NCBI GenBank assembly: GCA_040877275.1
Contig: JBBDOA010000116.1
Coordinates: forward strand, 16,695-80,694
Origin: Rhodospirillales bacterium
GTDB lineage: Bacteria > Pseudomonadota > Alphaproteobacteria > Rhodospirillales > Casp-alpha2
DNA: 64,000 nt
Direction of reading: 5' to 3'
A program made the translations under genes and the position numbers. Shown in pieces: positions 62,163 through 64,000 of the stretch (position 1 is its first letter; every line of letters begins with the position of its first letter). Under the pieces are notes generated by a model that saw only the letters and a program-made list of their open reading frames with translations, searched no databases and was not told the origin of the DNA.

Positions 62163-62266
62163 GCCGGGGTCCTGTTAAAGCCGAGAGGTCAATCGCAATT
62201 CGAAATGACAAACTTGTTTTTGTCCCCATGACTATCAGGCATCGGTCTTTTTATTTGGTTAATCGT

Positions 62267-62284
62267 ATGACACTTTTATGACAG
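62267..62284 (-). promoter_or_regulatory. Pho box (PhoB site)
   Basis: Minus strand CTGTCAT-AAAA-GTGTCAT between the NUDIX gene and pit. Confidence 0.75.
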
Positions 62285-62368
62285 TCATCGAGATCAGTAA
62301 AATATCGACGCCGACCCACGCTTCCGGCGCTATCGCAGCACATTAGTTTCAGGCAGGACCGAACGTTT

Positions 62369-63895
62369 ATGGGTCTCTTCAGCGGCAAATCTGATACGCC
62401 GATCAATCTCAAGGCACAGCCGCTCGACAAGGATCTGAAGCGGATCGTGCAACTTGAGCACGCCGCCAAGGAAGCCGGCACGAGTTATCTCAGCCTTGGG
62501 CTCGGACTATTTTTCCTGATCGGCGTGTGGATCTTCACATACGTTTATTCCGGCGGCAATGCGAGCGCGACGCTGATCGTGGCGGCGGTTATCGGCGGCT
62601 ACATGGCCATCAACATCGGTGCCAATGATGTCGCCAATAATGTCGGGCCGGCGGTTGGCTCAAAAGCGTTGACCATGTTCGGCGCGCTGATCATCGCTGC
62701 AGTATTCGAATCAGCCGGTGCCCTGCTTGCCGGCGGTGAGGTCGTGTCGACGATATCGAAGGGCATCATTTCAACCAGCTCGATCACTGACGTTGATGTG
62801 TTTGTCAGGGCCATGATGGCGGCCCTGTTGTCGGCGGCGCTTTGGATCAATCTGGCGACCTATCTGGGGGCACCCGTCTCGACGACGCATTCGATTGTCG
62901 GCGGGGTTATGGGTGCGGGGATCGCCGCAGCAGGGCTTGGCGCTGTCAATTGGTCGATGATGGGTGCGATTGCGGCGAGCTGGGTGATTTCGCCGGTGAT
63001 GGGCGGGCTTGTCGCGGCCGTGTTTCTGACTTTCATCAAAGGAGCCATTTTATATAAGCCGGACAAGGTCGCAGCGGCCCGCAAATGGGTGCCGGTACTG
63101 GTTTCCGTGATGGCGGCGACGTTCTCGGCCTATCTGATGCAGAAGGGGCTCAAGCAAGTCTGGAAACCTGATTTGACGACCCAGACAGTGATTATCGCCA
63201 GCGTGCTTGTGGGCTCCTATGTCTGGTCCAGAATTTCCGTTAACCGGGCTGCGGTCGGTATGGAAAACAAGAAAAAATCAGTGGCCAAGCTGTTCACGCT
63301 GCCGCTGATCTGTTCGGCGGCGCTGTTGTCCTTCGCGCACGGCTCAAACGATGTCGCCAATGCCGTCGGGCCGCTGGCGGCAATCGTTAACGCCATCGCT
63401 TTTGGTGAAATCACCACCACGGCGACGCTGCCGTTCTGGGTGCTGCTGATCGGTGCGCTCGGTATTTCGGTCGGTCTGGCACTTTTCGGGCCGAGAATCA
63501 TCCGTCTGGTCGGTGAAAAAATCACCAGGCTCAACCAGGTACGGGCCTTTTGCGTTGCCCTGTCTGCGGCCATTACCGTGATCATAGCGTCAGCGTTCGG
63601 GCTGCCGGTCAGTTCAACGCACATTGCCATCGGTGCCGTTTTCGGCGTCGGGTTTGTGCGTGAGGCGATCACCAACAGAGGCGGTGGCGATAATTTCAGT
63701 GAATTTTCCCGAAATCCTGATGCACTGTCGGGGCTTGATCAGGGCAAGCTGTTCAAATCCTGGCGTAAATATCGAAAACGCAAGCTGGTTCGCCGGCAGC
63801 ATATCCTTTCGATTGTGGCAGCCTGGATCATAACGGTGCCGGCATCCGCGCTTTTGGCGGCCGTACTGTTCTTTGTGATCGACGGGTTGCGCTAA
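62369..63895 (+). CDS. pit: Inorganic phosphate transporter (PiT family)
   Basis: GANDVAN, PVSTTH, HGSNDVAN, PVSSTH. Confidence 0.93.
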   Translation: MGLFSGKSDTPINLKAQPLDKDLKRIVQLEHAAKEAGTSYLSLGLGLFFLIGVWIFTYVYSGGNASATLIVAAVIGGYMAINIGANDVANNVGPAVGSKALTMFGALIIAAVFESAGALLAGGEVVSTISKGIISTSSITDVDVFVRAMMAALLSAALWINLATYLGAPVSTTHSIVGGVMGAGIAAAGLGAVNWSMMGAIAASWVISPVMGGLVAAVFLTFIKGAILYKPDKVAAARKWVPVLVSVMAATFSAYLMQKGLKQVWKPDLTTQTVIIASVLVGSYVWSRISVNRAAVGMENKKKSVAKLFTLPLICSAALLSFAHGSNDVANAVGPLAAIVNAIAFGEITTTATLPFWVLLIGALGISVGLALFGPRIIRLVGEKITRLNQVRAFCVALSAAITVIIASAFGLPVSSTHIAIGAVFGVGFVREAITNRGGGDNFSEFSRNPDALSGLDQGKLFKSWRKYRKRKLVRRQHILSIVAAWIITVPASALLAAVLFFVIDGLR

Positions 63896-64000
63896 GGGCA
63901 CTTTCCGACCGGGCTGCGGTTGTTGCGCTTTCAAATCCCCGGGGGCGTCAGTAAGCTACACGATAATCAAGAAGTTATCGGGCAAAATGCCCAAGGGAGG

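Overview
Chromosomal segment of a GC-rich alphaproteobacterium, probably Rhodospirillales-like, inferred from gene content and the dprA-topA-rnr-rpmG-divK order. Core genes are aspartate aminotransferase, mnmA, dtd, guaA, thiC with a TPP riboswitch, purA, hisZ, divK, rpmG, rnr, topA, dprA, copA-cueR and pit. They are interspersed with two different PhnCDE-type ABC systems (one with a phosphonate-type LysR and a Zn-alcohol dehydrogenase, one with a divergent HAD hydrolase), a split ThDP decarboxylase, many signalling genes and at least nine REP-like palindromes of three families. No rRNA, tRNA, CRISPR, transposase or integrase was recognised. Best novelty candidates: (i) a winged-helix protein fused to a His-bearing DHp and an ATP-dead CA domain; (ii) a LysR-PhnDCEE-ADH module that may import and oxidise a hydroxyalkylphosphonate; (iii) a tail-anchored pseudokinase plus membrane partner; (iv) an apparent AUU start for dtd; (v) an unannotated 31-aa membrane peptide before a pleD-less divK; (vi) an orphan Maf-SEC-C fusion. 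All family calls are by motif recognition only; no searches were run.
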